From: an uncultured Clostridia bacterium
GTDB lineage: Bacteria > Bacillota > Clostridia > Oscillospirales > Acutalibacteraceae
Assembly (NCBI GenBank): GCA_944380765.1
Contig: CALWIO010000003.1
Location: 1,701 to 65,700, forward strand
Direction of reading: 5' to 3'
DNA: 64,000 bases
The notes beneath the pieces were generated by a model. That model was not told where the DNA came from. It did no database searches and saw nothing but the letters and a program-made list of their open reading frames with translations. Made by a program: the position numbers and the translations under genes. Every line of letters starts with the position of its first letter. The stretch's first letter is position 1. Of the stretch, positions 18,191 to 28,826 are shown piece by piece.

Positions 18191-18214
18191 TCAGCTTTTA
18201 TACTTCTTTATTAT

Positions 18215-18241
18215 ACCGCGCTCTTTTTGCGCGGTTTTTGT
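18215..18241 (+). terminator. Rho-independent terminator after lexA
   Basis: ACCGCGC-N7-GCGCGGT followed by TTTTT. Confidence 0.7.
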
Positions 18242-18427
18242 TTTTATGAGCATAAAAATCAGTTAATTTTTGGCAGTTTTGCCATTTTCTTGTAACAAAA
18301 TGCACAAATGGGTGTAACAGAATTTGGCTGTAATTTGAATAAAATAGTCAAAAACCCCTTGAAATCATATAGCCGCTTTGATAAAATATATCTGTATAAT
18401 TATAACTCCGGATTGAGAGGATTCAAA

Positions 18428-20317
18428 ATGGCGGACAAAAATAACAACTACGAAGCGCAGGTGCCCGTTTATCTTTTTCATCAGGGCAACAACGCGCGTT
18501 CCTACGAATACATGGGTTCGCACAGACTTGACAAAAACACGGTGGTTTTCCGCGTGTGGGCGCCCAGCGCGAAAGCGGTAAGCGTATGCGGCGATTTTAA
18601 CGGCTGGGACAATAAGGAAAATCCGGCTGAAAAAATCACCGATTCCGGTATATGGGAAGCGAAAGTGAAAAATGTCAAGCCTTTTGACGCGTACAAGTAC
18701 TGTATTTTCACAAAAGACGGCAGGGAGATTATGAAAAGCGACCCCTACGGCTATCACATGGAAACCCGTCCCGGCACGGCTACAAAGTACTATGAGCTGG
18801 GCTCCTTTGAGTGGACCGACGATGAGTGGCAGAAGCAGAAAAACGAAGCTCAGCTTTATAACCGCCCCGTCAACATTTACGAAGTGCATTTCGGCTCGTG
18901 GAGGCGCTATGAGGACGGAAACTTTTACTCCTACCGCAAAATGGCCGAGGAGCTTATTCCCTATGTAAAAGAGATGGGTTACACCCACATTGAGTTTATG
19001 CCCCTTTCGGAATATCCCTTTGACGGCTCGTGGGGCTATCAGGTTACCGGCTATTATGCCGCCACCTCACGCTACGGCACGCCCGACGACCTTATGTACC
19101 TTATAGATTGCTGTCACCGCGAGGGCATAGGAGTTATACTCGACTGGGTCCCGGCGCATTTCCCGAAAGACGAAAACGGACTTTATGAGTTTGACGGCAC
19201 GGCGTGCTATGAATACGCCGACCCCAAAAAGGGCGAGCACTACGAGTGGGGAACAAGAGTCTTTGATTTCGGCAGAAACGAGGTTCAGAGCTTTCTTGTT
19301 TCAAACGCCATGTTCTGGCTTGACAAATACCACGCCGACGGTCTGCGTATTGACGCGGTTGCCTCAATGCTCTACCTCAACTACGGCAGAAAAGACGGCG
19401 AGTGGATTGCCAACAAGGACGGCGGAATTGAGAATTTAGAGGCTGTGGATTTTCTGCACAAGCTGAGCATGAATGTTTTCAGGGACTATCCCGGAGCGCT
19501 TATGATTGCCGAGGAGAGCACGGCATGGCCTATGGTAACAAAGCCCGTTTATATGGGCGGTCTCGGCTTTAACTTTAAATGGAACATGGGCTGGATGAAC
19601 GATATTCTGCGCTATTTCTCGCTGGACGGAATATACCGCAAGAACAATCACGGCTGCATTACCTTTTCATTCTTCTACGCCTTTTCCGAGAATTTTGTTC
19701 TGCCCATCTCCCATGACGAGGTTGTGCACGGCAAATGCTCGCTGATTAACAAAATGCCCGGTACATACGAGGAAAAATTTGCCGGAGTAAGGGCGTTTTT
19801 AGGCTATATGATGGCTCATCCCGGAAAGAAGCTGCTGTTTATGGGCAGCGAATTCGGTCAGTTTATAGAGTGGAACTACGAGCAGGGGCTTGACTGGCTT
19901 CTTCTTGATTACGATATGCACAAAAAGCTGCAAACCTATGTAAAAACCCTCAACCGCTTTTATAAGGAAAATCCCGCCCTGTGGCAGATTGACTATTCGT
20001 GGGAGGGCTTTTCGTGGATTTGCTCGGACGACTGCGACAACTCGGTAATCTCTTTCCGCAGAATTGACGAAAAGGGCAAGGAGATAATAGTGGTCTGCAA
20101 CCTGACTACCGTTGAGCGCAAGGATTACAGAATAGGCGTGCCCTCCCGTTCGGCGTACAAGGTGGTTTTAAACTCCGACGACGAAACCTTCGGCGGCGGC
20201 GGCAGAGGCGACAAGGACAAAATCAGATGGCAGAAAAAGCCCATGCACGGCTTTGAGCAGAGCATTTCGCTTGATTTGCCGCCCATGTCGGCGATATACC
20301 TTAAAAAAACCCGTTAA
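18428..20317 (+). CDS. glgB: 1,4-alpha-glucan branching enzyme
   Basis: ATG 18428 after GAGAGGA. GH13 motifs (DWVPAHF, GLRIDAV, EESTAWP, SHDEV). Confidence 0.95.
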   Translation: MADKNNNYEAQVPVYLFHQGNNARSYEYMGSHRLDKNTVVFRVWAPSAKAVSVCGDFNGWDNKENPAEKITDSGIWEAKVKNVKPFDAYKYCIFTKDGREIMKSDPYGYHMETRPGTATKYYELGSFEWTDDEWQKQKNEAQLYNRPVNIYEVHFGSWRRYEDGNFYSYRKMAEELIPYVKEMGYTHIEFMPLSEYPFDGSWGYQVTGYYAATSRYGTPDDLMYLIDCCHREGIGVILDWVPAHFPKDENGLYEFDGTACYEYADPKKGEHYEWGTRVFDFGRNEVQSFLVSNAMFWLDKYHADGLRIDAVASMLYLNYGRKDGEWIANKDGGIENLEAVDFLHKLSMNVFRDYPGALMIAEESTAWPMVTKPVYMGGLGFNFKWNMGWMNDILRYFSLDGIYRKNNHGCITFSFFYAFSENFVLPISHDEVVHGKCSLINKMPGTYEEKFAGVRAFLGYMMAHPGKKLLFMGSEFGQFIEWNYEQGLDWLLLDYDMHKKLQTYVKTLNRFYKENPALWQIDYSWEGFSWICSDDCDNSVISFRRIDEKGKEIIVVCNLTTVERKDYRIGVPSRSAYKVVLNSDDETFGGGGRGDKDKIRWQKKPMHGFEQSISLDLPPMSAIYLKKTR

Positions 20318-20374
20318 TTAAGCAAAGCTTAAATATATAAACTTAAACTCTGCGAAAAATAAGGAGGAAAATAT

Positions 20375-21592
20375 ATGGCACGAAAAGTGGAGTGCATTGC
20401 AATGCTTCTTGCAGGCGGTCAGGGAAGCCGTCTGGGCATACTCACCAAGAAGATTGCAAAACCAGCCGTTCCCTACGGCGGAAAATACAGAATTATTGAC
20501 TTCCCTCTGTCAAACTGCGTAAACTCCGGCATTTCAACCGTCGGCGTTCTTACGCAGTACCAGCCCCTTGAGCTCAACGATTACATAGGCAACGGTTCGG
20601 CATGGGACCTTGACAGAATGAACGGCGGCGTTCACATTCTCTCGCCCTATCAGCAGATTAAGGGCACCGAGTGGTACAAGGGAACAGCCAACGCGATTTA
20701 TCAGAACATCAATTTTATCGACAGATATTCACCCGAATATGTTGCGGTACTTTCAGGCGACCATATCTACAAGATGGACTACAACAAAATGCTTGAATAT
20801 CACAAGGAAAAAGGAGCCGCCTGCACAATAGCCATGCTTGAAGTGCCGTGGGAAGAGGCAAGCCGCTTCGGACTTATGATTACCAACGACGACAACTCGA
20901 TTGCCGAGTTTGAGGAAAAGCCGAAAAATCCCCGCAGCAACAAGGCTTCAATGGGCGTTTACATATTTACATGGAGCAAGCTGCGCCAGTATCTTATCGA
21001 CGATGAAAACGACCCGGATTCCAGCAACGACTTCGGTCACGATGTAATTCCGAAAATGCACGCCAACGGCGAAAAGATGTTCGCCTATCTCTTTGACGGC
21101 TACTGGAAAGATGTAGGAACAATCGACAGCCTGTGGGAGGCGAACCTTGACCTTCTCAACCCCAAGGTTGACCTTGATTTATCGGACCAGAGCTGGAAAA
21201 TTTATTCGCGCACTCCGGTTGCTCCTCCTCACTACATAGCGGACACGGCTTCCGTTCAGAACTCCATGATTTCAGAGGGCTCCCAGGTCTTCGGCGAGGT
21301 GGAATACTCCATACTCTTCAACGATGTTGTGGTTGAAGAGGGCGCGGCCGTAAAATATTCGATAGTTATGCCCGGAACGGTTGTCAAGTCGGGCGCTACG
21401 GTGCAGTACTCGATAGTTGCCGAAAACGCCGTCATTGAAAAAGGCGCGGTTGTAGGTCAGTGTCCCGAGCAGATGGAAAACCGCGACGACTGGGGAGTTG
21501 CGGTTGTAGGTCAGGGAGTAAATGTAAGCGAGGGCGCCGTTGTTGCTCCCAAAGCCATGGTTGACGAAGATGTAAGAAAGGGGGACAAATAA
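20375..21592 (+). CDS. glgC: Glucose-1-phosphate adenylyltransferase, catalytic subunit
   Basis: 405 aa with LAGGQGSRL, the [14 protein letters not shown] motif and a C-terminal left-handed beta-helix. Confidence 0.95.
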   Translation: MARKVECIAMLLAGGQGSRLGILTKKIAKPAVPYGGKYRIIDFPLSNCVNSGISTVGVLTQYQPLELNDYIGNGSAWDLDRMNGGVHILSPYQQIKGTEWYKGTANAIYQNINFIDRYSPEYVAVLSGDHIYKMDYNKMLEYHKEKGAACTIAMLEVPWEEASRFGLMITNDDNSIAEFEEKPKNPRSNKASMGVYIFTWSKLRQYLIDDENDPDSSNDFGHDVIPKMHANGEKMFAYLFDGYWKDVGTIDSLWEANLDLLNPKVDLDLSDQSWKIYSRTPVAPPHYIADTASVQNSMISEGSQVFGEVEYSILFNDVVVEEGAAVKYSIVMPGTVVKSGATVQYSIVAENAVIEKGAVVGQCPEQMENRDDWGVAVVGQGVNVSEGAVVAPKAMVDEDVRKGDK

Positions 21593-21593
21593 T

Positions 21594-22709
21594 ATGACCG
21601 GCAAGAACATTGTAGGAATTATCTTTTCAAACGCTTATGACGAGTGTTTAAGCGAGCTTACGGGACTTCGCACAATGGGTTCGGTCCCCTTTGCTTGCAG
21701 GTACCGTTTGATTGACTTTGCCCTTTCAAATATGGTCAACGCCGGAGTTGAAAAAGTCGGAGTTGTTACAAAGAGCAACTACCAGTCGCTTATGGACCAT
21801 CTGGGAACAGGAAAACCGTGGGATTTGTCAAGAAAAACCGAGGGTATGTTTATTCTTCCCCCGTTCTCAACCGCCGACGGCAGCGACAACGGCAACAAAA
21901 TGGCTTCATTAAAAGGCATTATGGGATTTATCAGCCGTTCAACCGAGGAATATATCCTCTTTTCGGACTGCAACAGCGTGCTGAATATCGACATTGAGGA
22001 GCTTATGGAATACCATTCCGAAAAGGGCGCCGACATTACCTTGGTTTACAAGCACGGTCAGATTCCCTCAATCAAGAATGTTATAGTAATGGACCTTGAC
22101 GCCGACGGCAGAGCTTCAAAGGTGGCTGTTTCGCCCGCCGACAGGGGCGAGGTTGACTATTCGCTCAATGTTATCCTTATGAAAAAATCCCTGCTTGAAC
22201 GCCTTATGAACGAGGCTATCAGCCTTAACTACACTCATTTTGAGGCAGACCTCATTCAGCGCAATGTGGGCAGTCTTAAAATTTACGGCTTTGAAGCTAA
22301 GGGCTACGCTACTACCATTGAGTCAATGCAGTCCTATTTCAAAACAAATATGGATTTGCTCGACCCCAAAAATTGCGCGCATCTCTTTGACAAGAGCCGT
22401 CCCGTCTATACAAAAATACGCGACGATATGCCCTCTATTTACGGGCTTGGCTCCTCGGTCAAAAACTCCCTTATCGCCGACGGCTGCATAATCGACGGCG
22501 AGGTTGAAAACTCAATCCTTTTCAGAGGCGTTCGCGTTGAAAAGGGCGCGGTTGTCAAGAACTCCATACTTATGCAGGGTACCTTTGTGGCGCAGAACTC
22601 ATCGCTTAACTGCGTTGTAACCGACAAGAGCGTTGTTATAACTCCCTCAAAAACTCTTTCGGGCGCCGAAAATTATCCCGTATATATCGGCAAGGCAATC
22701 GTAATCTGA
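21594..22709 (+). CDS. glgD: Glucose-1-phosphate adenylyltransferase, GlgD regulatory subunit
   Basis: 371 aa GlgC paralogue lacking the GGxGxRL motif, directly after glgC as in Firmicutes. Confidence 0.85.
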   Translation: MTGKNIVGIIFSNAYDECLSELTGLRTMGSVPFACRYRLIDFALSNMVNAGVEKVGVVTKSNYQSLMDHLGTGKPWDLSRKTEGMFILPPFSTADGSDNGNKMASLKGIMGFISRSTEEYILFSDCNSVLNIDIEELMEYHSEKGADITLVYKHGQIPSIKNVIVMDLDADGRASKVAVSPADRGEVDYSLNVILMKKSLLERLMNEAISLNYTHFEADLIQRNVGSLKIYGFEAKGYATTIESMQSYFKTNMDLLDPKNCAHLFDKSRPVYTKIRDDMPSIYGLGSSVKNSLIADGCIIDGEVENSILFRGVRVEKGAVVKNSILMQGTFVAQNSSLNCVVTDKSVVITPSKTLSGAENYPVYIGKAIVI

Positions 22710-22757
22710 TTTTATGAAAGGAACGCCCCGCCAAAGGCGGGGCAAAGGTCTTATAAT

Positions 22758-24182
22758 ATGAAGGTTTTATATGTTTCGAGCGAAGCGCTCCCCTTTAAGG
22801 CGAGCGGCGGTCTGGGCGATGTGGCGGGCAGTCTGCCGCAGGCTCTGCGCAAAAGGCTTATAGGCTGCCGGGTAGTTATGCCCCTTTATGACACCATCAG
22901 TCAGGAGCTTAAAGACTCCATGACCTTTATAACCAGCATTTCCGTACCCGTTGCGTGGCGCAGGCAGTACTGCGGCGTTTTTGAGGCAAAAGCGGGCGGA
23001 GTAATCTACTATCTGATTGACAATCAGTATTATTTCAAGCGTGACGGACTTTACGGCTACTATGACGACGCCGAGCGTTTCGCGTTTTTCTCACGCGCAG
23101 TGCTTGAAATAATCCCCTATATCGACTTTAAGCCCGATATAATCCACTGCAACGACTGGCAGTCGGCTCTGACTCCCGTTTATTACACCACTCTTTACGC
23201 CAACCGTCCCGGATACGAGAACATCAAAACCGTATTCACAATACATAATATTCAGTATCAGGGCAATTACGGAATGGAGCTTGTAAACGAGGTTGTCGGA
23301 ATTCCCGAGGGCACCTCTTCGCTTATTGAGTATGACGGCGATGTAAACTTTATGAAGGGCGCTATTGAAACCGCCGACAGGGTCACCACCGTAAGCCCCT
23401 CCTACGCCAACGAAATTCTTGACCCCTGGTATTCCCACGGTCTTGACATTATTTTAAATCAGCGTTCATGGAAGCTGTCGGGTATTCTCAACGGTATTGA
23501 CACCGAGCTTTATAATCCTGAGACCGACAAGGATATCGCCGCCAATTACAATGCCGCCGATTTTAAAAACAAAAAAATCGACAAGCAGAAATTGCAGGAG
23601 TATTTCTCGCTTCCCGAGCGTGACGATGTTCCCGTTATCGGTATGGTTACACGCCTTGTGGGGCACAAGGGGCTTGATTTGGTGCGCGCCGTTCTTGACG
23701 AACTGCTTAACACCTGCGATGTTCAGTTTGTAGTGCTCGGCTCGGGCGAGTGGCAGTACGAAAACTTCTTTAAGGAAATGGCCGCCAAATATCCCGACAA
23801 AATGGGACTTAAGCTCGGCTTTATCCCCTCGCTCTCAAAGAAAATCTACGCGGGCGCGGATATGTTCCTTATGCCCTCAAAGAGCGAGCCCTGCGGCCTT
23901 TCGCAGATGATTTCCCTGCGCTACGGCACAATCCCGATTGTGCGTGAAACAGGCGGACTGCGCGACAGCATTAAGGACAGCGGCGACGGCGAGGGCAACG
24001 GCTTTACATTTGCCTCCTACAACGCCCACGATATGCTGTTCACAATCAAGAGGGCGCTCGAAGGCTACCGGAACCGCGAGGGCTGGAATATCCTTGTGAA
24101 AAGGGCTATGGAATGCGACAACAGCTGGGGCAAATCCGCCAACGAATACATTAAGCTGTATAAAGCCCTTTTAAAGGACTGA
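22758..24182 (+). CDS. glgA: Glycogen synthase (ADP-glucose type)
   Basis: 474 aa with N-terminal KASGGLGDV motif; GT5 family features. Confidence 0.95.
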   Translation: MKVLYVSSEALPFKASGGLGDVAGSLPQALRKRLIGCRVVMPLYDTISQELKDSMTFITSISVPVAWRRQYCGVFEAKAGGVIYYLIDNQYYFKRDGLYGYYDDAERFAFFSRAVLEIIPYIDFKPDIIHCNDWQSALTPVYYTTLYANRPGYENIKTVFTIHNIQYQGNYGMELVNEVVGIPEGTSSLIEYDGDVNFMKGAIETADRVTTVSPSYANEILDPWYSHGLDIILNQRSWKLSGILNGIDTELYNPETDKDIAANYNAADFKNKKIDKQKLQEYFSLPERDDVPVIGMVTRLVGHKGLDLVRAVLDELLNTCDVQFVVLGSGEWQYENFFKEMAAKYPDKMGLKLGFIPSLSKKIYAGADMFLMPSKSEPCGLSQMISLRYGTIPIVRETGGLRDSIKDSGDGEGNGFTFASYNAHDMLFTIKRALEGYRNREGWNILVKRAMECDNSWGKSANEYIKLYKALLKD

Positions 24183-24196
24183 TTTAAACTTGTTAA

Positions 24197-24229
24197 AAGG
24201 CAGGGAATTTATATTCCTTGCCTTTTTCT
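24197..24229 (+). terminator. Rho-independent terminator after glgA
   Basis: AAGGCAGGGAAT/ATTCCTTGCCTT stem followed by a T-run. Confidence 0.8.
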
Positions 24230-24248
24230 TGAATACGGAGTGATAACA

Positions 24249-25169
24249 ATGAAAAAAATACCCCTCGGCAGCGGCGGCGTTTCAGTACCCGCTGTGGCAG
24301 TTGGCTGTATGCGAATCGCGAAACTCGGGCGCAGAGATTTAACCCGTCATATATCCTTTTGCGTTGAGCACGGGCTTAACTTTTTTGACCACGCCGATAT
24401 TTACGGCGGCGGCGAATGCGAAGAGCTTTTCGGCAAAGCCTTTGAGGATACATCTTTTTGCCGCGAGGACATTTTTATTCAGTCCAAATGCGGAATAAGA
24501 GAGGGTATGTATGACTTTTCAAAGGAGCATATTCTAAAAAGCGTTGACGGTATCCTTTCAAGGCTCAATACCGATTACCTTGATGTGCTTGTGCTGCACC
24601 GTCCGGACGCGCTTGTTGAACCCGAAGAGGTTGCCGAAGCCTTTGACCTGCTCGAAAGCAGCGGCAAAGTCCTGCGTTTCGGCGTTTCCAATCACCGCCC
24701 TTTGCAGATTGAGCTGTTAAAACGCTGTATAAGCCAGCCTATCGCCGTAAATCAGCTTCAATTCGGTGCGGCTTTTTCCACTATGATTTCCTCGGGAATT
24801 GAGGCGAATATGCTGACTGACGGAGCAGTTGACCGCGACGGCGGAGTTCTTGACTACTGCCGCCTTAACGATATTACAATTCAGGCGTGGTCGCCCTTCC
24901 TGCATGGCTTTTTTAAAGGCGTTTTTCTGGGCGACAGGGAAAATTTCCCGAAACTCAACGAAACGCTTGAAGCGCTCGCCGAAAAATACGGCGTCACTCC
25001 TACGGGAATTGCCGCCGCGTGGGTGCTGCGCCACCCGGCAGGTATTCAGCTTATCGCCGGAACTACCAAAATTTTCCGTCTTGAAGAAATTTTAGCAGGC
25101 TCTGAAATAAATCTTTCAAGAAAAGAATGGTATGACATTTATCTCAGCGCCGGGCATATTCTTCCCTGA
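24249..25169 (+). CDS. Aldo/keto reductase family oxidoreductase
   Basis: ATG 24249. FFDHADIYGGG, LHRPD and GVSNH motifs. Confidence 0.85.
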   Translation: MKKIPLGSGGVSVPAVAVGCMRIAKLGRRDLTRHISFCVEHGLNFFDHADIYGGGECEELFGKAFEDTSFCREDIFIQSKCGIREGMYDFSKEHILKSVDGILSRLNTDYLDVLVLHRPDALVEPEEVAEAFDLLESSGKVLRFGVSNHRPLQIELLKRCISQPIAVNQLQFGAAFSTMISSGIEANMLTDGAVDRDGGVLDYCRLNDITIQAWSPFLHGFFKGVFLGDRENFPKLNETLEALAEKYGVTPTGIAAAWVLRHPAGIQLIAGTTKIFRLEEILAGSEINLSRKEWYDIYLSAGHILP

Positions 25170-25219
25170 CTTTGCCGCTTTGTCCCGTTTAAAGCGCACA
25201 TATTTTATGAGGTGTTTTT

Positions 25220-26602
25220 ATGAAACCTTTTTCCTTTTTTCTTGTAACCGACCCCCACTATTTTGAGCTTTCTCTCGGCGGAGAGGGTGAAGCCTATGAG
25301 GCTCGCAGCCGCACCGACCAGAAATGTGTTGCCGAAACCGGCGCTATAATCGACTCAGGCTTTGCCGACATAGCCGCCGACAGTGAAACCGACACCGTGC
25401 TTATCCCCGGCGATTTGGTTTACCGCGGCGAACAGGCAAGCCACGAGGGATTTATTAAAAAGCTCGAAAAACTCGAACAGGCGGGCAAAAAGATATATAT
25501 CATCACCGCAAGGCACGATTATGCCGGTAATCCCTGCGGTTTTGTCGGGAACGAGTGTATTCCCGTTGAGGGCACTCCGAGGGAAAATCTGCGTTCCCTT
25601 TATTATCACTACGGCTTTGAACAGGCTATAAGCGAGCATAAAAAGTCAATGTCATACACCGTTCAGCTTACCGACTCAATACGCCTGCTCGCCCTTAACT
25701 GCGACGGCGACTGCAAAGATTTCAAGGGACTGTGGGACGACCAGATTGAATGGGCGCTTGAACAGATAAAAGACGCCCACGAAAGCGGCAACTATATTTT
25801 CGCCATGACCCATTATCCCCTGCTCCCCTTTTCACCGGTAATGAATATGATAGGCGACGCCAAGCTGACCGACTGGGAAAAGCTCGCCAACACCTTTGCC
25901 GACGCCGGACTTGACCTTATTTTTACCGGACACATGCACGCGCAGGCGGTCACCGACTACACCACGCAAAAAGGCAATATGATTACCGATGTGCAGACAG
26001 GCTGTTTTGTAGGCTGTCCCTGCGCCTACCGCCGGGTGACTTTCCGTGATGACGGCGTTGACATCAAATCATACACCATTGAGGATTTTGACTGGGACAA
26101 GGGCGGCAGAACCGCCGAGGAGTATTTCAGATGGCGTTTTGACCGTATGATTACCGACATCATAGACGCCATGGCTTATGATTTTGCCTTTTTCACAAGG
26201 CTTTTCGGCGGACCCGAAAAGAACAAAAAGCTCAGAATTCCCGTAACGCTTGTGGGAAAAATTCTGCAAAAGCTGACCGTGCGCGGGCTCGGCAGACTGC
26301 TGTTTTTCAAAGTTGACGACAGCATAGCCGACCGGCTTGTAAAGGATCTGGCGGTTGAGCTGGTACGCAATATTTTTATCGGCGACGAGCCTTACACAAA
26401 GGGCACGCCCGTTTATGAAGCCGTGGAAAAAATGCTTAAAAGGCTTAGACCCGTTATAAGGATTATCGAGAAAAAAGCGGGAGCTAAAAATCCCCTGCTC
26501 GCCGATATTCCCGCCTTTGTGCTTTCAATGATAGGCGACGAGAAAAAGCGCGACTGCAACACAACCCTCAATATCGACTGGCAGAGATTCAAAAAAGCAT
26601 AA
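25220..26602 (+). CDS. Metallophosphoesterase family protein
   Basis: 460 aa with the DPH...GDLVYRG...GHMH motif series of calcineurin-like phosphoesterases. Confidence 0.75.
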   Translation: MKPFSFFLVTDPHYFELSLGGEGEAYEARSRTDQKCVAETGAIIDSGFADIAADSETDTVLIPGDLVYRGEQASHEGFIKKLEKLEQAGKKIYIITARHDYAGNPCGFVGNECIPVEGTPRENLRSLYYHYGFEQAISEHKKSMSYTVQLTDSIRLLALNCDGDCKDFKGLWDDQIEWALEQIKDAHESGNYIFAMTHYPLLPFSPVMNMIGDAKLTDWEKLANTFADAGLDLIFTGHMHAQAVTDYTTQKGNMITDVQTGCFVGCPCAYRRVTFRDDGVDIKSYTIEDFDWDKGGRTAEEYFRWRFDRMITDIIDAMAYDFAFFTRLFGGPEKNKKLRIPVTLVGKILQKLTVRGLGRLLFFKVDDSIADRLVKDLAVELVRNIFIGDEPYTKGTPVYEAVEKMLKRLRPVIRIIEKKAGAKNPLLADIPAFVLSMIGDEKKRDCNTTLNIDWQRFKKA

Positions 26603-26655
26603 ACCCGGAATTACCCGGAAATAAGACTGTAATTCTGCGCAGGGGAGGCATAACC

Positions 26656-27006
26656 GTGGATAATAAAAGAAAAGAGAAGTTAATTAAGCTGTATAACGAA
26701 AATACAGACGCGGCGTCTAAGTATTACAGCATAGCGAATTTTGTCGGCAGTTTAAAATCGGATTATGAAAAATACATAAAAGACCTGCCCGAAGAAGAAG
26801 CGGTCAGAAGCTGGATAAATATTTTGGATTTTCAGCACAATCTGGTATATTTAGGTGTAATCGAATCGTTAAGAAATAACGATTACAGGTATTTGGATAA
26901 CGCGTTATATACTTATGTAAATATCGGAATGATTAAAAATCTCGGTGTGCAAAGCTCGTATGACCATTGTATCTTGACTGTCTTTTATACATACAGTCTT
27001 TGGTAA
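26656..27006 (+). CDS. Hypothetical protein (AT-rich segment)
   Basis: 116 aa with a GTG start 7 nt after GGGGAGG. No recognisable motif. Confidence 0.45.
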   Translation: MDNKRKEKLIKLYNENTDAASKYYSIANFVGSLKSDYEKYIKDLPEEEAVRSWINILDFQHNLVYLGVIESLRNNDYRYLDNALYTYVNIGMIKNLGVQSSYDHCILTVFYTYSLW

Positions 27007-27185
27007 ACAGCGGAAAATTTCAGTTTGAGATTAAAGACTGCGACACAGATAAAGCGAAAGATGAAAACGGACATTGGGCGGCTGATGTTATAAGTCATGT
27101 GATTAAATACAAAAACTGCGGTCAGCGCTTTAACTGCACGGCGGTTACATACCGGGGGTGCGGAAGTTTTGAAAGGGAAGAATGA
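26967..27185 (+). CDS. Hypothetical ORF, possibly the frameshifted continuation of 26656..27006
   Basis: 72 aa with a TTG start and no RBS. The frame opens right after an in-frame TGA and overlaps the end of the previous ORF. Confidence 0.3.
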   Translation: MYLDCLLYIQSLVNSGKFQFEIKDCDTDKAKDENGHWAADVISHVIKYKNCGQRFNCTAVTYRGCGSFEREE

Positions 27186-27231
27186 CCTTTACCCTCTGTC
27201 CGTTTTAACGGCGTTATAAAATTCTGAGATA

Positions 27232-27262
27232 ACCGGCATTACTGCGCCGGCGGTATTTTTTT
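27232..27262 (+). terminator. Probable terminator
   Basis: Short stem ACCGGC/GCCGG followed by T7. Confidence 0.45.
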
Positions 27263-27314
27263 GTCCGGCTTGTTTTGCCGCCTGTTTTCGGCATATATCA
27301 GGCTTTTGTGTGCG

Positions 27315-28325
27315 TTACGGCTGTTTGCTCTCGTTTTCAAGGCAGATTTTATACGCGATTTCTTCGAGCGTTCGCATATCGGCAACCGAGGTCAGCTCCT
27401 GACGGTATTTTGCCGCGCCGCGAAGTCCCTTTGTGTACCAGCCGGCGTGCTTTCTCGCCTCCCTGAGTCCCACATATTCGCCCTTGTACTCGCACAAAAG
27501 GCGTATATGGCTGAGCATTACCCTCATACGCTCGGTAACGGGCGGATCGGGAATAATTCTTCCGTGTTCAAGATAGGCGTTTAACTGTGAGAACACCCAC
27601 GGGCGCCCGAGCGCTCCCCTGCCCACCATAACAAGGTCGCAGTTTGTTTCTTCAAGCATTTTCGCCGCGGAAGCCTCGTCGCACACATCTCCGTTGCCTA
27701 TAACGGGAATTGAAAGCGCTTTTTTTACCTCGGCGATAATATTCCTGTTCACGGGCGGAGCGTACATCTGCGTTTTTGTTCTGCCGTGTACGGTAACAGC
27801 CGCCGCGCCTGCGCTTTCGGCTCTTTTCGCCATTTCTACGGCGTTGATATTATCAAAATCCCAGCCGCTCCTTATCTTTACGGTTACGGGCACCGGCGAC
27901 TCTTTGACAACCGCCGCCACAATTTCCTCGGCAAGTACGGGGTTCTTCATAAGCGAGGCTCCCGCTCCGTTTCCAGCTATTTTAGGTGCGGGACAGCCCA
28001 TATTTATATCGATTATATCCGGCGAAAACTCCATAACCTTTTCCACCGAGCGAGCCATAATTTCCGGGTCGCTGCCGAAAATCTGCACCGCCGCCGGTCT
28101 TTCTTTTTCCGAGAGAAAGGCCAGCTCAGCCGATTTTCTGTCGCCCATTGTTATGCCCTTTGAGCTTATCATCTCGCTGACGGCATAGGCGGCTCCGTAA
28201 CCGGCGCAGATTTCCCTGAACGCGCGGTCGGCAACGCCTGCCATAGGCGCCAGGGCGGCAAAGCCCTTTATTTCAACATTACCAATTTTCAAAGCATTTA
28301 CCTCGCAAAGCAAATTCCGCACCAT
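27315..28325 (-). CDS. dusB: tRNA-dihydrouridine synthase
   Basis: 336 aa with LAPMAGVADRAFR, DINMGCP and the HGRT motif. Confidence 0.9.
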   Translation of the reverse strand: MVRNLLCEVNALKIGNVEIKGFAALAPMAGVADRAFREICAGYGAAYAVSEMISSKGITMGDRKSAELAFLSEKERPAAVQIFGSDPEIMARSVEKVMEFSPDIIDINMGCPAPKIAGNGAGASLMKNPVLAEEIVAAVVKESPVPVTVKIRSGWDFDNINAVEMAKRAESAGAAAVTVHGRTKTQMYAPPVNRNIIAEVKKALSIPVIGNGDVCDEASAAKMLEETNCDLVMVGRGALGRPWVFSQLNAYLEHGRIIPDPPVTERMRVMLSHIRLLCEYKGEYVGLREARKHAGWYTKGLRGAAKYRQELTSVADMRTLEEIAYKICLENESKQP

Positions 28326-28457
28326 TTATTTTAACACACGCTCCGCAAAAAACAACCTGTTATTGCTTTTTTCGGCTTTTTAACGCTGTTTTTTTTTAAT
28401 ATTTATAAAAATCATTATAAAAAATGCACAAACTTTTTTTATATGTTGTTTTTTATA

Positions 28458-28519
28458 TATTCTGACAGCAGATTGTACAGCGAAAAAATAATTTTTGTAT
28501 TTGTGCATATTGCATAAAT
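28458..28519 (+). repeat. Upstream module A (TATTCTGACAGCA / TTGTACA / ATTTGTGCA-N3-TGCATAAAT); inverted partner at 39152..39221
   Basis: The three collinear blocks recur in the same order, reverse-complemented, at 39221-39152. Confidence 0.7.
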
Positions 28520-28627
28520 ACAAAGTAACACAATAGTAAGTTTTTACTAATTTGACTTTAATACAGACTTAAATTACTCTTTGTGCAATTTTACCAAATA
28601 TAGTATATTTTTATTGTGCAATAATGC

Positions 28628-28656
28628 TTGACAAATTAAAAAAACGGTGTTATTCT
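28628..28656 (+). promoter_or_regulatory. Strong promoter upstream of the 37-codon ORF
   Basis: TTGACA (28628-28633), 17-nt spacer, TATTCT (28651-28656). Confidence 0.55.
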
Positions 28657-28687
28657 ATAACCACAACAGAATAAAGGAGGCGACAAA

Positions 28688-28801
28688 ATGATGAACGCCG
28701 ATTATGAGCTTAGATTAAAGCTCGTGCAGGAGCTTATCAGCGAGAAGCTTTCGCTCAGAACTCTTGTCAAAGCGGTCGAGTTAATGGGCATCAGCCGTTA
28801 A
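28688..28801 (+). CDS. Small ORF, 37 aa (MMNADYELRLKLVQELISEKLSLRTLVKAVELMGISR)
   Basis: Not in the ORF track because it is under 60 aa. AAAGGAGG sits 7 nt before ATGATG. It has its own promoter and a strong downstream terminator; the peptide is predicted helical. Confidence 0.5.
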   Translation: MMNADYELRLKLVQELISEKLSLRTLVKAVELMGISR

Positions 28802-28826
28802 CAACGCCATCTTCCTTTAGTTTGTT

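Noticed and set aside
22725-22743. GC-rich stem-loop (GCCCCGCC-AAA-GGCGGGGC) between glgD and glgA as a terminator.
   Set aside because: No U-tract follows on either strand, and glgA starts 15 nt later. It is more likely an intercistronic stabilising or processing hairpin, not a terminator.
28499-28519. Sigma-54 (-24/-12) or sporulation sigma-E/K promoter interpretation of TGTGCATATTGCATAAATA.
   Set aside because: The spacing between GG/GC-like elements does not fit TGGCAC-N5-TTGC. Matches to sigma-E/K boxes are partial. The dyad symmetry fits a protein operator better.
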